A DNA stretch of 63,405 nt, filler included, from Reclinomonas americana ATCC 50394 (taxonomy: Eukaryota): the NCBI GenBank assembly GCA_048213135.1. It is 12 parts of 12 records of this genome, joined end to end, with 100 filler letters (N's around TTAATTAATTAA, not from the genome) between each part and the next. Parts side by side here need not be neighbours in the genome. Positions count along the whole stretch, not along the records: positions 21,183 to 30,136 come from AFZH01019080.1; positions 30,237 to 32,748 come from AFZH01019081.1; positions 32,849 to 39,598 come from AFZH01019082.1; 9 more parts are not named here. One strand, written 5' to 3'. Shown here piece by piece: positions 25,101 to 37,139 of this stretch. Under the pieces are notes generated by a model. It saw only the letters and a program-made list of their open reading frames with translations, did no database searches and had not been told where the DNA came from. The translations under genes and the position numbers were made by a program. Numbering within the stretch: position 1 is the first letter of the stretch; each line of letters starts with the position of its first letter.

Positions 25101-26166
25101 GAAATCCGCGTCCTGCTCTTCCCAGCCGTCAACGGCCCACAGCCGCTCTTCGAACCATTGATCTGAAAGACACAGTAATAAGAGAGTCTGCAGCATGGGT
25201 ACAGCAGACGACAACACGAAGTGTTCACCCAAGGTTCCGAGGAAACGGCTGAGCTGCACTTCAGTCGGACAGAGACTCACGCACCCTGCGCCAGACGGCG
25301 CGAGGAAAAAACATAGAACTCTGTTCAGCAATGCGCTCTTGCCGGCAGACTGATCACCGCAGACTGAGATGACGTATATATAGACAGAGGAGTGAACTGT
25401 CAGTCGAGAACTGTCACTCACGTACACGAAAATGGCAAGACTGAAAGTGACTCACAGACGGCTTTCATCGCATACGGCTGGAGGCAACTGTTGCCAAGCA
25501 TCTCTGCCGGGACTGCCCGTGGGAGCACCTTCTGTAGATCGCCCAGGAGGCGTCGCAGTTCACGATGCGTGGTCACAAGCAGGTTTAGCGGCAGTAATCG
25601 GATGTCCTTCGCGAGCTCGATGGAACCAGAACGCTCGACTGCACCTCCCTCACTGGCACTGACACGCAGGAGGCTCTCTGCGCAAGTGGACGCACTTGGT
25701 GAACAAGAGCGTACGCGATCGGTGGCCACGGCAAGTCAATTTGAGAAACAAGAAGACACGCAACCAATAAAAGGCTGCAGAAAACGGTACTCTTCGAGAC
25801 GTCGCAGCGTCACTTCATGGCTGTTCACTCGATCACGCACAAGACTTTCTTCGTATACTGTTAGAAGAAAGAGAAACACATGCTTGTGAGGCGAACAACA
25901 CGCACAATGCCTCGGGAAAACCACACACAAACGGAACTGAAATTGGATATCGTTGCTACTTCCTGCAACCAGGCCGGCGGTGGCGGTGTGTAGTCTAGTT
26001 GAACGTGCTGGCGGCTTGCAAGCTCACCAGAACCAGAAGCGGCACCAGGTCGCTGCTGCGTGTACATGTGCTGCCCGGAATCTGGTGCAGCAGCGCCTAC
26101 TCGTTTCGAGAGAGCTCCGAACGGTGACGACCCAGATCCAGACGCTGCTCCGCGCTTGCCAGACAT
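22150..26166 (-). CDS. Divergent dynamin-superfamily GTPase, possibly with a C-terminal U-box/RING-like domain (multi-exon; linkage of the last exon inferred)
   Basis: G1 CGDQSAGKSALLN, G2 region APSGAGCVSLCP, G3 LRLRIEHPDLCDFELVDLPG, G4 region RRVFLTATD. Distal ORF 22150-22992 carries DPVSRRPI...LYDFESLNNYL...LRCPTGQ. Confidence 0.7.
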
Positions 26167-26765
26167 GTTTTCTGCTCGGCAGGAACAAGCAAATGAATCA
26201 ATACAACACAGAATGTTCGCAAACGCGACGGGGACTCGCCGGGGGACGCGAGAGGGGACGTACCTGATTCGGCACTGTACGCAATATAGACCCTAAATGG
26301 ACCACGAATTCCGCTCCTACACCGCCTGTGTGTGTGCTGCGTTGCGTGGCGCCAGACTTCCAAACCCTCTCACATGCAAGCAAACACAACACTTGCACAA
26401 GAAACCAAAATGTATACTGCGTCTCTTGTGCATACTCGATCAAACACTCTCAATATCATGCACGTGTCTGATCGGGGAATTATGGAGACAGAGAAAGAGA
26501 GTGAGTGGGAAAGGAGAGAGAGGAGGCACTCCAGCGCCATCGCTGCCACTGTCGATTTGGTGGCAAGCAGCCAACAACAAATGGTTCTCAAATCGACGAG
26601 AGCGATTGCACGCGTGGTTGTGTGCGCAGCAAAGAAGATAGACGACGGGGAAGAGGAGGAGAATGAAAGAATGAAAGACAAGGGGAAAAAGCTGCAGCAG
26701 CAGTTACGCATGCCTGTGCACGCAGGCTGCTGGAGGGGTGTGTATGTGAGTAGCAGTCGCGCAGC

Positions 26766-29348
26766 TCACATGTGCTTGGTGAAGTCGACCGGCAGCTCCT
26801 CGATGGACGTGTCGTAGAACGCCTGTGCATGAGATGAATGTGGGGCGTGAGTCATGGCCTGCCTCCCCCACACGAAGCACGATTCTCCCCCATCACGCAC
26901 CTCGAGTTCCTCACGAGTGGTGCGATCACGGTCGGTGACAAAGTTGATCGCCACTCCCTTCTTGCCGTAGCGGCCGGAGCGACCGATGCGGTGCATGTAC
27001 TGCTCGCGATCCGACGGCATGTCGTAGTTGAGGACCAGCGACACGCCGGCCACATCTGCAACAGCGTCAGCACTGCGCTCTGGCCCTCTATCGCAGATAA
27101 ACGACAATCAACGCTCACCAATGCCACGACCCGCCACATCTGTGGCGACCAGGATGCGCGAGGAGCCGGAGCGGAAGGTGGCCATCACTTCCTTGCGCTC
27201 GGCCGGCTCGAGTTCTCCGTGGAGGGCCGACACGGTGAAGTCGTTCTGTCGCAGCATGTGCACGAGCTGATCGACGCGGCGTCGAGTGTTGCAAAAGATC
27301 ACGGCCTGCGACACCGACAGTGTGTCGTACAGATCACACAGGGTCGGGAACTTGAACTCGTCGCGGCCGACGTGCACGTAGAACTGCTTGATGCCCTACA
27401 CACACACACACAAGTGAGGAGTGGGATGAGTGGAGTGGCGTGGCGTGTGCACACGAACCGCCAGGCTCAGCTGCTCCTTCTTGACGAGAATGCGCACAGG
27501 GTCGCGCATGAACTTCTCAGTGATCTGCAGCACCTCGGGCGGCATGGTGGCACTAAAGAGGCCAACCTGTGTGCGATGAAGGTGAGGGAAAAGGGAAGCG
27601 AAGGGAGAGAGATGGGAGAAGGGAAAGGAGAAGAGAGAAGATGTGCAAGGGGGAGAGGAAAGGGGAAAAGAGAGGGAGAGGAGACAAGAAAGGAAGTGGG
27701 AGAGAGACGAACAGATGGAGAGAACAAGAGGATGGAGGGACGGAGGGAAAGTGGGAATCACAGAGAGCGAGAGAGTGAGCGCGAGACAGAGAACAGAGAA
27801 CTTGGGAGAATGACTATCATGGTGCACGAGAGAACCAATAGCGACACATTGTGCCTCACTTCCACAACTGCATGTACTGCTGGAGGAACAGCTCCTGATC
27901 GTCTGCAACTGATTGCTAACCAGTGTACACTAATGGAGAGACAACTGTGCCTGGTCGCAAGATCACGGAAAGAAACACTATCGACAGATGCACACGATGC
28001 ACCACACTACGAGAGACAGCTCTGCCACCATGCGCAAACTGTGTGACTGCGATGTGCGCAGATGGAGAGACAGCTTGTGCCTGAGCACAGGATCACAGTG
28101 CATGAAAGACCGATTGCCTATTCACACTGCGTCTGCACCTGCCATACAAAGTGAACGCACTGTGCACATCTACAACAGTGTGCACTGACGGAGAGACAAC
28201 TCTGCCTAGTCACACAACAGCAATGCAAGAAATCGACACAGAGATGTACACGGTGTATAACACAGATTTGCCTGATACAGTGAGCCTGCACCTGCCAAAC
28301 AGTGTGCACGAATGGGGAGACTGCTGAATCACTGCCCAACAATGCTTTCTCTCCCCTTCTCCCTTTCCCCCTTCCCTTCCCCCCTCCTCCCTCCACCAAA
28401 CCTGCGTATCACGCGGCAATGTGGAGAAAATGTCGTGCACACTCTCCATGAATCCGCGATCAAGCATCTACACACACACAAACACACACAGAGTCATTCC
28501 TCCACTCAACAACCACCCAGCACCTCCTCACACCACCAACCTCATCGGCCTCATCCAGCACAAACGCTCGCACGTACTTGGTGTCGAGTGCACGCCGGTG
28601 GATCAGATCGCGCACACGACCGGGTGTGCCGACCACCAGATGCACTCCGGCCTGCAGCAGTGCCACGTCCTCGGCCACCGGCGAGCCGCCAATGAGAAGC
28701 ACACATCGGATGGTGAGGAAGTCGGAGAGGTTGCAGACGACCTTGTAGATCTGGTCGGCGAGCTCGCGAGTGGGAGCGAGGAGAATGGCTTGCGGGACGC
28801 GCTGGTCCTCGTTGATGGACTGCAGCACGCTGATCACGAAGGTGCCACTACCAACAAAGGGAAGCGTGTAAGGCGAACAGAAGGGCAACAAAGCATGATA
28901 AAAAACAAGCAGCAAGCGCAACGTCTTGCCGGTTCCGGACTGGGCTTGCGCGAGAATGTCACGGCCGGTGAGGAAGGCCTTGATGCCACGCTGCTGGATC
29001 GGCGACGGCTCCTCGAAACCGTACGCAAAGACACCGCGAAGCAGGTCGCGCTTCAGGCCAATCTCCTCAAAGGTGCGGCAGACCTCGGTCCAGTTGGTGG
29101 AGGTGGCGATTGAGTCGTCGGTGTCGTCGGCTGCAGAGGCGGCGGAGGGAGGCAGAGTGGCTGCCGAGGTGCATACGTGAGTGGCCTATTTCGGGACACC
29201 TTCTACAGACACACACACTGGACCCGTCGACATGCAGCACGCAACTGGTGGTGGTCGTTGTTCTCTGGGGGGTGCCGTCGACGATCGGGTGATCAGCGTC
29301 GGCGATGGAAATGTTCTTGAAATCAGTGGTAATGTTCTCTGTGGTCAT
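26766..29348 (-). CDS. EIF4A: Eukaryotic initiation factor 4A (DEAD-box RNA helicase)
   Basis: [77 protein letters not shown]. Confidence 0.95.
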
Positions 29349-29390
29349 ACAATTGGGGGTAAAAAAACCCAGGTTGGCGCGCTTGGCGGG

Positions 29391-29397
29391 TTTTATA
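29391..29397 (-). promoter_or_regulatory. Candidate TATA box of eIF4A
   Basis: TATAAAA on the minus strand about 43 nt upstream of the eIF4A ATG, in the divergent eIF4A / NEPRO-like intergenic region. Confidence 0.5.
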
Positions 29398-29587
29398 GCC
29401 GCTCGACGTCGAACGCGAGACCCATTTTTGGGTCTCGCCGACGTCCGCCACTCGGAAAAATGATGGCGAGAGAGAGTCAGGCAGTGCAGATGCTTGATGC
29501 GCTAGTAGTGTAAGCAGAGCTCCCGAAGTGGCAAGTGCCAAGGATTGCGCTGAAAGACGGAAGTTGTAGCATGCAGGACGCGTCGTC

Positions 29588-30062
29588 ATGTTTTCCGACC
29601 CGCGTGCACGCCTCGCCGCCCATCGTGCTCTCCGTCGCCTGGTTGACACATGCACTCGCTTCTCCTCCTCCAGCAGCAACAGCAGTGAAAGCTGGCTCTT
29701 TCCGGTTGCTCTGCGACAGGAGCTGCACACTCTGCACGCAGTCATCTCTCGCAACCGTGCCTCGCAGCGCAAGCAGGAGCACTGGGTGGAGACAGAGAGA
29801 GTGCGTGACACCGTGATGTTCTCTCTCTCTCTCTCATTGTCTGTGTTGTGGTCTGATGCAGTTGTCACTAGGTCGTGCGTCTGTTGAATCGCGCAATGGC
29901 AGTCGAGATGCAGGTGTGCAGGCGAGTGAGTGCCGCAATGACCGAGTCGACTCCACTGCTGCAGCAGACGTGCGTTGTCGTTGTTGTGCAAGAGGGAGTG
30001 TGGTGTCTGTTGCAGTGCGGGCTGACTCTGCGTGTGTCTTTGCATGCGTGTTGCCTCTCTCT

Positions 30063-30136
<74 letters not shown>

Positions 30137-30286
30137 NNNNNNNNNNNNNNNNNNNNNNNNNNNNNNNNNNNNNNNNNNNNTTAATTAATTAANNNNNNNN
30201 NNNNNNNNNNNNNNNNNNNNNNNNNNNNNNNNNNNNCGGTCGTCGTCGTCGTCGTCGTTCGTTCGTTCGTTCGTCTCGTCGTCGTC

Positions 30287-30355
<69 letters not shown>

Positions 30356-31419
30356 CCTCTCCCTGTACATATGTGTGAATCTGTGTGTCTCTTTGTGTCT
30401 GCCTGTCTCTGCCTGTACATGTTTCTTTGTCTCTCTGTGCATACTGCATTCTCCCTTGTGTGTGTGTGTGTGGATGCTTCTCTCTCTCCCTCCCTCTCAC
30501 TCCCTTCCTCTCTCCCTCTCTCCCTCTCTCACCAGTGGCCTGGACTGCGCTTCGGCGACCACGTGGCGCACATGTGTGGCCGAGCTGCTCGTGCTGGGCG
30601 CGCTTGTCGTCTCCGAGGTGCGCCTCTCTTGCCCCCATCTCTCCCCCTCCTCTCCCCCTCTCATCCCTCACCAGGTCCTCCCCCGCCTCTCCCGCGCGTC
30701 CACCCTGCTGCTGCGCACGATTTCCATGTCGCACTTCTTGCCCATTTGCACCACGTTGTATGCATCCATGGCGCGCTTCAATGTGCTGCTCCGTCACGCC
30801 ATCATGCAACTGGAACCGCTGTATGTGGCACTTGTCGACATGCAGAATACGGCACCGACTGCAGAAGAGGAAGAAGAAGAGGCGGAACAGGTGGTGATTG
30901 CTGCTGGCGCATCTGTGGTCTCCGAGGCCGACATGCGACGGGCGCTGGCGGGTGCGCAGGGCGGATGGCAGCGCATCTGCCCGCGTGAGAGGTTCCTTTC
31001 CGCATCTCTCGTCTCATTCTCATTCCCTCGCTGAACACGCGGCGCACAGACTGCAGCGTGGCTCCTTTCACATTCAGTTGCCCGACGCAATGTCTGCCGT
31101 GGTCGCCGCAGCAGGCGGTACGAAGGCAGAGGAGGAGGAGGAGGAGAATGTCACCATGCAAGTAGATTCGCAGAATATCGAACACCAGCACGAGGAGGAG
31201 GAGGAAGAAGTGGAGAAACAGCAGAGAAGACGACGACGACAACGACGCCGCAGCCTGCAGGACTTTCTGTTGAGCCACTTGCCCGCAGAGGTGTGCACGC
31301 CCGACAAGTGCCAGGCCCTCCTGCGCGAGCTGGAGCCTGAGATTCGCCAGCTGAGAAGGCGGCGAACTTTGGCGAGAATGAGTGGGAAAGAAAAAATGCT
31401 GACAAAAGCGGCAATATAG
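29588..31419 (+). CDS. NEPRO/Rmp1-like (DUF4477, RNase MRP-associated) protein, spanning a gap
   Basis: LRQELHTLHAVISRNRASQRKQEHW (resembles the E..L...rN..QhR...w motif) and LLLRTISMSHFLPICTTLYASMARFNVLL; acidic/basic C-terminus. Confidence 0.55.
30056..30350. repeat. (CT)n and (GTC)n/(GTTC)n microsatellites flanking a gap
   Basis: Long pure CT runs either side of the 30137-30236 spacer; a similar (GA)n run starts at 21183. Confidence 0.95.
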
Positions 31420-31990
31420 AATCTGTCGTTTTCCCTCCGGATCCGCGCGGGTTGCTGCCACTCTCACTGCGTGTGTGTGTGTGTGAGGCGACGAGAAAGG
31501 CAATGCCTGGCCATACGTGGTGCTGTATGGCCATGGAACAAACACGCGCGTGCGCGCACTCACCGAGTTCGGACCGTCTCGGCACCCCCCCCCCATGCCG
31601 CGGAGAAACGACGAGGAGAGGCACCGGCGGAGACGGAGGAGAGGCGCTCGGAGCACAAGCGGCCGCAGACAGCGCCTGAATGCGGAAGATTTTCGATGCG
31701 TGCGCCATGCGGAGCGAAAAAAGTTTTCACCATTGACCGAAAGCGGTAATACCGTGCACACAAGACACACGCAGCACGCAGATCGCAGCTTTCCACAGCT
31801 GGCCCGCATAGTAGACATACATGTGCGTGTGTGTACACATGGAGAATGCCAGGCGGTGGTCGTTTATTACCCGAGCGTGAACGACGCTTTTGGAGTGTTG
31901 CTTTTGGACGTGAGAGCATCTCCGTTCGATCGCATCCTATTGTTGAAAGAGAGAGACGAGAGAGTGTGACACAGAAAAATGATCGACTTT

Positions 31991-33309
31991 ATGCACAGCG
32001 AACAGCGCTCTGCATCATCGTCCACGACACTGTCGATCACACGCACAACAACAACAACAACAACGACGACGACTGCTGCTGCACCATCAGCAGCAGCGGC
32101 CCTCTCTTCCTCTTCTTCTTCCATCATCACCACCACAACAATAGTGACCGCACCACTGGCATCACCAGTGCCTGTGCGACCAACACCATCCACTGTACGA
32201 GCACCACTGACACTGGTCACACAGCAACGTGCCAGTGATATGGTCAATCCAGTGCCTCCATTGTACGCCAACGCACCACTCTCACCACAGCCGCGCAAGA
32301 AGACCTGCTCAAGGTTTGGAGGAAATGAGAGGGGAAACAGAGAGAGAGAAGAGAATGAGTTTTGGGTGAAAGTGCCATCACACACACGTGCTCGTCATCT
32401 CCGCCCACTTCTACACAAGAAAACCGTGTGTGTGTCTCTCTCTCTTGCTCATCACTCTCTGTGTCCATGCGTCGTGTGTGGGCAAGGGCTATTAGTGGGG
32501 TGTTGGATTATTCTCGTTCTGGAGCATTTTGTGTTTTGTGTGTTGCGTGTCATCTCGCACGCGTTATCACACACTCTTTTCGCTCTTCACACACGCTCTG
32601 TGTGTGCGCGTCGTGATTCTTGTTGTCAGTGTGAGTGCGTCATCGGAGAGTGGTTTTTCGGCAATCTTGTTTGTGTACGTATACGCACACCGAGACGGAT
32701 GTCTTGCGTCGGTTGCCTTTTCCGCACGCTCATCCAATACGCGCGGACNNNNNNNNNNNNNNNNNNNNNNNNNNNNNNNNNNNNNNNNNNNNTTAATTAA
32801 TTAANNNNNNNNNNNNNNNNNNNNNNNNNNNNNNNNNNNNNNNNNNNNTCGCCACTGTACGCCGCGCAACTCGGACCCGGCGGCGTGCCAGTAAGGCGCG
32901 GTGTCATGCCTGTGTCGGCACCGGCACTGATGACCTCCATGTCGATTGTGGCGGCGGGGGCGGCGGCGAATGCGGCCTCGGCAGCCACACTGCTGCCCTT
33001 TGTGTCACCACCATCAAGACCCACCGTGAATCCGTTCCTCCACCCGCGCGACTCACCACCCGTCATTGTGTGCACGCCATCGCCGGCCACACCAATCGGA
33101 CCCAGTGGCGACGAGGTGCACCTGTCGGGTGTCGCCAGTGCGCTGTCGGGAGCCGGGGCTGTGGCCTCGGGTGTGAGTGGCGGACACGTGGATGCCGACG
33201 ATGCGGAGGTTTGTCTGGCAATGGCGTGTGTATAGGAGATTTGTTGACTTACCATTTCTTCCCTTTGTGCACACAGTCGGAGGTCGAGACGTTTGTCTTT
33301 GAAATGTGA
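31991..33309 (+). CDS. Hypothetical low-complexity protein (N- and C-terminal parts flanking a gap)
   Basis: S/T/A/P-rich ORF MHSEQRSASSSTT...PRKKTCS, and post-gap exons ending DADDAE|SEVETFVFEM*. Joining across the gap is inferred. Confidence 0.4.
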
Positions 33310-34171
33310 TGTGATGTGTGTGTGTTATGATTGTTGTGTTGTGTTGTTGCTGTTGTTGTGCCACCAATCCTGTTGTTTGTGTTGATTCTTGTTGTTTCTG
33401 TTTGTTTGATGTGGGATGATGGAGGGAGGAGTGTGTGCTTGTGTGCGTGTTGGCGTGGTCAGCCGCTGCGGGTGCGTCGGGAAGTTGCCCGACGCTTGCC
33501 CTATGCATAATGAGCGAGACTGACTGCCTTCACGCACTCGCCCCCCCTTTCACATCTCCACTGTCACTCTGGACCACTACCACCACCACCACTTTCCACC
33601 ACTTGCTGCGCTTTTCTTTGTCGCACGCAAGAGAGTCATTGGCCATGTTAGAACGTGCACTGGGTCTGCCTTTTTTCCTCTTCTTTTCCTTCTCGTACCG
33701 TCCGTTTGTATGTTGTACGACTGTTGTGCATAATTTGGGTGTCTTTTGTTGTTAGGATGCCGTGTGGGCGGCAATGCTTTGGCGTGTGCCTATGAGGCAT
33801 TGTGGACGTCGCACGGTTCATTTCTCTTTTTTCCTGCTTCAATATTGTTTTGCATTCGTTTCTCTGTAGTGTGTTGTCTCTCTCTCTCTGTGTGTACGTG
33901 TGTTGGGCATGTGTGCGCGCCGTTGCGCGCGCCACACCATCACGTAATGAAAAACAAAATTATCGATGAAACATATCGACCGTTTGATCGACATCGACTG
34001 AACTTCAATCCAATCTCTTCGAGGCACGCGTTGACAACACAAGGTGATGATGATCACTTGTGTGGCGATGATGATGATCGCTCTCTCTTTCTTCTCCTTG
34101 TCCTCCTCCTCCTCCTCGCCATAGAGATGAAAAGAATACCGCGTCTCATGTTGGTTTCATAAACACACAGA

Positions 34172-35277
34172 ATGGCGACTGTAAGGACTCTGATGCGCCC
34201 CCTTGCGCGTGCCACCTCCACCAGCAGCACTGCATTCGCCGATGTCAGGTCGCCTTGTCTGCTGGAGGGCCACGCTCTGCACGACATGACACGTCGCATG
34301 GCGCGTTGCCTCTCCTCCTCACGCGTCACCGCCGTCGGTGAGTCACACACAGACACAGACACACACAGGAGAACGCACACAGCTCATCTGCGGTTGCAGA
34401 TGTGACGAATGCGGTGCATGTGTTGCTGGCGTACGATGAGTCGAGTGTGGCGGGCGAGTTGCGAGAGTTTCTGCGCGTGTTGGCGATGCAGACGCCGGTG
34501 ACGTGTGATGAACTGGCACTGGGGTTTGCGTCGAGCGATGGGGAGGTGTTGTTGAGTGGCGAGGCAGTGATGCGGTTGTACAACCTGTTCCGATCGCGCA
34601 ATGTCGACGATGAGGAAGAGGAGGAGCAGGAGGAGGAGAGCGAGGAGGCAGAAAGTGAGGAGGATAAGCTGTGCATGGTCGAGGTCGAGTGTGCAACGTT
34701 GTTGAGGTTCCGTTGCTACGCTGTTGTCCGTCTTTTTGGTGTTGTCTGACCGCCGACGCGATGGGATAGTGTGTTGCGATCGAGTGAGATCACGGCGGAT
34801 CATGTGGCGGTGGCGCTGTCGCGGTTCGAGGCGTTGCAGCGCATTGTGCAGTCCAGACTCCACGAGGATGCACGGTGAGAGAGGCTCGGAGACAGCGATG
34901 CACGTATGTGTTGTCTGACTTGCTCGTGTGCAGTGTCGCGGAGGCTGGCGAGCAGCTGGTGGTGCGCCGTGCGGTGGGTGGATCGCCGTGCGTGTCGCCG
35001 GAGCAGTCGACCACCGCTGCTGCTGCTGCTGCTCCTTTGTTTATGTACTCGCCGGGACGTGCGGGCCCGGCCTCGGCACGTCTGCGCAGCCGATGGGAGC
35101 GTGTGCAGAGAGAGTTGTGTGCGGCCACGCGCTCGGCTCTGGATCGCTCCATCTGTCTGGCGCATGAGCTGCGCGATGTGTGCTGATTGTAGTAGTTGGT
35201 TGGGTGTTGTTGTTTGGTGTTGTTGTTGTTGTTGTTGTTTTGATAGGTTTTACGAGTAGTGAAGGCAAATGTGTGAT
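34172..35277 (+). CDS. Hypothetical protein with central acidic tract
   Basis: In-frame exon chain MATVRTLMRPL...|DVTNAVHVLLAYDESS...DDEEEEEQEEESEE...|VLRSSEITADHVAVALSRFEALQR...; no family recognised; 3' end approximate. Confidence 0.5.
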
Positions 35278-35401
35278 CCATAGGTAGCTGCGACAGTGTG
35301 GAGAGGGGTGAGATGAGGGAGAGAGAGAGACAGGTGACGCGCAGGGCAGTGTCCGCAGGATTGACGTTCGGATAAAGTTTTTGCCCGATTTCACAACGAG
35401 A

Positions 35402-35721
35402 ATGCTTCGCCATGTGTGGTGAGTTGTGTGTGTCAACTTCTGTGCGAGCCTCTTGCTTCCTCTCACGCCTCAAGAGGTTGTGCTTGTGTGCGTCCGCATC
35501 TTATGTGCTGACATCTCCTTCTCACTCGCAGTCGACCTGCTGGTGCTGCCGCTGCTGCCGCTGCTGCATTCTGTGCTCCTCCCATTGTGCCTCGTGTGCG
35601 ACTGCACTGTGCTGCTCAGTGTGCTGCTCTCTTGCCATGGTAAGGGAGGGTGTGAGATTGCATTGGTTCGATTTACAAGTCATCATCATCTGCGCACCCA
35701 CAAACAGTGCACCGTGCTATG

Positions 35722-35752
<31 letters not shown>

Positions 35753-37139
35753 GTGTGCACTCACGCAGTCCCTGCTTGATACGTACGCAGCGTCGAGAAA
35801 TCCGAACGCAATCACCGTCACCGCAATGTTGGCCTGCTGGTCGCAGCCGCTGCTGCTATCACAGCGACAGCGTCGGCAATCGAGTCAGTGCGCGCCAGCG
35901 AGGAGTACGACACGTCGACGCAAGCAAGTGCGTTGCCGCTACCTTGTTTGCGGTGTTGTGATACCAGTCTGATATCGCGGTGCAGCTCCGACGCCCGACA
36001 TGCCGACCATTGTAGCTGACCTCACCTTTGCTCCTCTCGTGCCGCCTCCCATCAAGCGCAAGCACCCGGTGCGTCTGATTGTGGAGATGACTAGCACGGT
36101 GGTGACGCGCCCGGTCAGCGCACAACACAAGTACACCTTCTGGACCTACAACGACGGTGTTCCCGGTCCTTTCATTCGCGCCCGCGTCGGCGACGTGCTG
36201 GTTCGTCGTGGCTGTTACGAAGAGTACCATCGTCGACACCATCACTGACCGCCGCGCGCAGGAGGTGCGACACAAGAACCTCGACGTCAACGGCATGGCG
36301 CACAACATTGACTTTCACGGAGTGACAGGCCCTGGTGGTGGTGCTCCCGTGCTGCTCGCCGAGCAGGGCGAGACTAAGATCGGCGTCTTCAAGTGCCTGC
36401 AACCGGGTCTCTTTATCTATCACTGTGCCGCTGCTCCCGTGCCCGTTCACATCATGAATGGAATGTACGGGCTGCTGTTGGTGGAGCCGGAAGAGGTAAG
36501 ACCTTCTTCTCCTGCTGCCTCACTGCATTTGATCTCACGCTGTGCGTTGCTGCAGGGCCTCCCGCCAGTCGACAAGGAGTTCTATGTCATGCAGAGCGAG
36601 ATCTACGGGGAAGAGTCCACCGACGACAGGACCGAACTGGAGGCGTCGTACCTGAAGGGATTGGCCGAGGATCCGACGTACGTGGTGCTGAATGGCAAAG
36701 TGGGAGCGCTGACGGACAAGCCGCTGATGGTGTGGTCGAGAGGAGAAGAACTACCTGTCGACTCAGTTCGTTGACTTTGTGCTTGCCGCAGGTCACACAA
36801 GGCGATCGAGTGCGCCTGTTTGTCGGCAACGGTGGACCCAACCTGATTTCCTCGTTCCATGTGATCGGCATCATCTTCGACAAGGTGTACCGCGAAGGAG
36901 ACTTGATAAGTTCACCGGCCCGCGGCATTCAGACGACGCTGATTCCCGCCGGTGGTGCGTCCGTGGTGGAGTTTGACGCACTTGTGCCCGGCAACTACAC
37001 GCTGCTCGACCACGCCATCTTCCGCTTGGACAAGGGCTGTGTTGGATTCCTGAAGGTGCTCGGCAGCAATCCACACCAGGAGATCTACGGCTACTCGGGC
37101 ATCCCGCTGCCGTGCCCTGGCTGCAAGCTGCATGACTGA
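35402..37139 (+). CDS. nirK: Copper-containing nitrite reductase (eukaryotic/AniA-type) with putative mitochondrial presequence
   Basis: [68 protein letters not shown]-terminal PCPGCKLHD*. All T1/T2 Cu ligands are present. The 5' exons (MLRHV...) are inferred. Confidence 0.95.

Noticed and set aside
26838..29113. Long plus-strand ORFs (402 aa and 230 aa)
   Set aside because: Antisense shadows of the GC3-rich eIF4A coding sequence and its low-complexity intron.
36000..37139. nirK or hemC as bacterial contamination
   Set aside because: Both carry spliceosomal introns of the host style and sit among eukaryotic genes.
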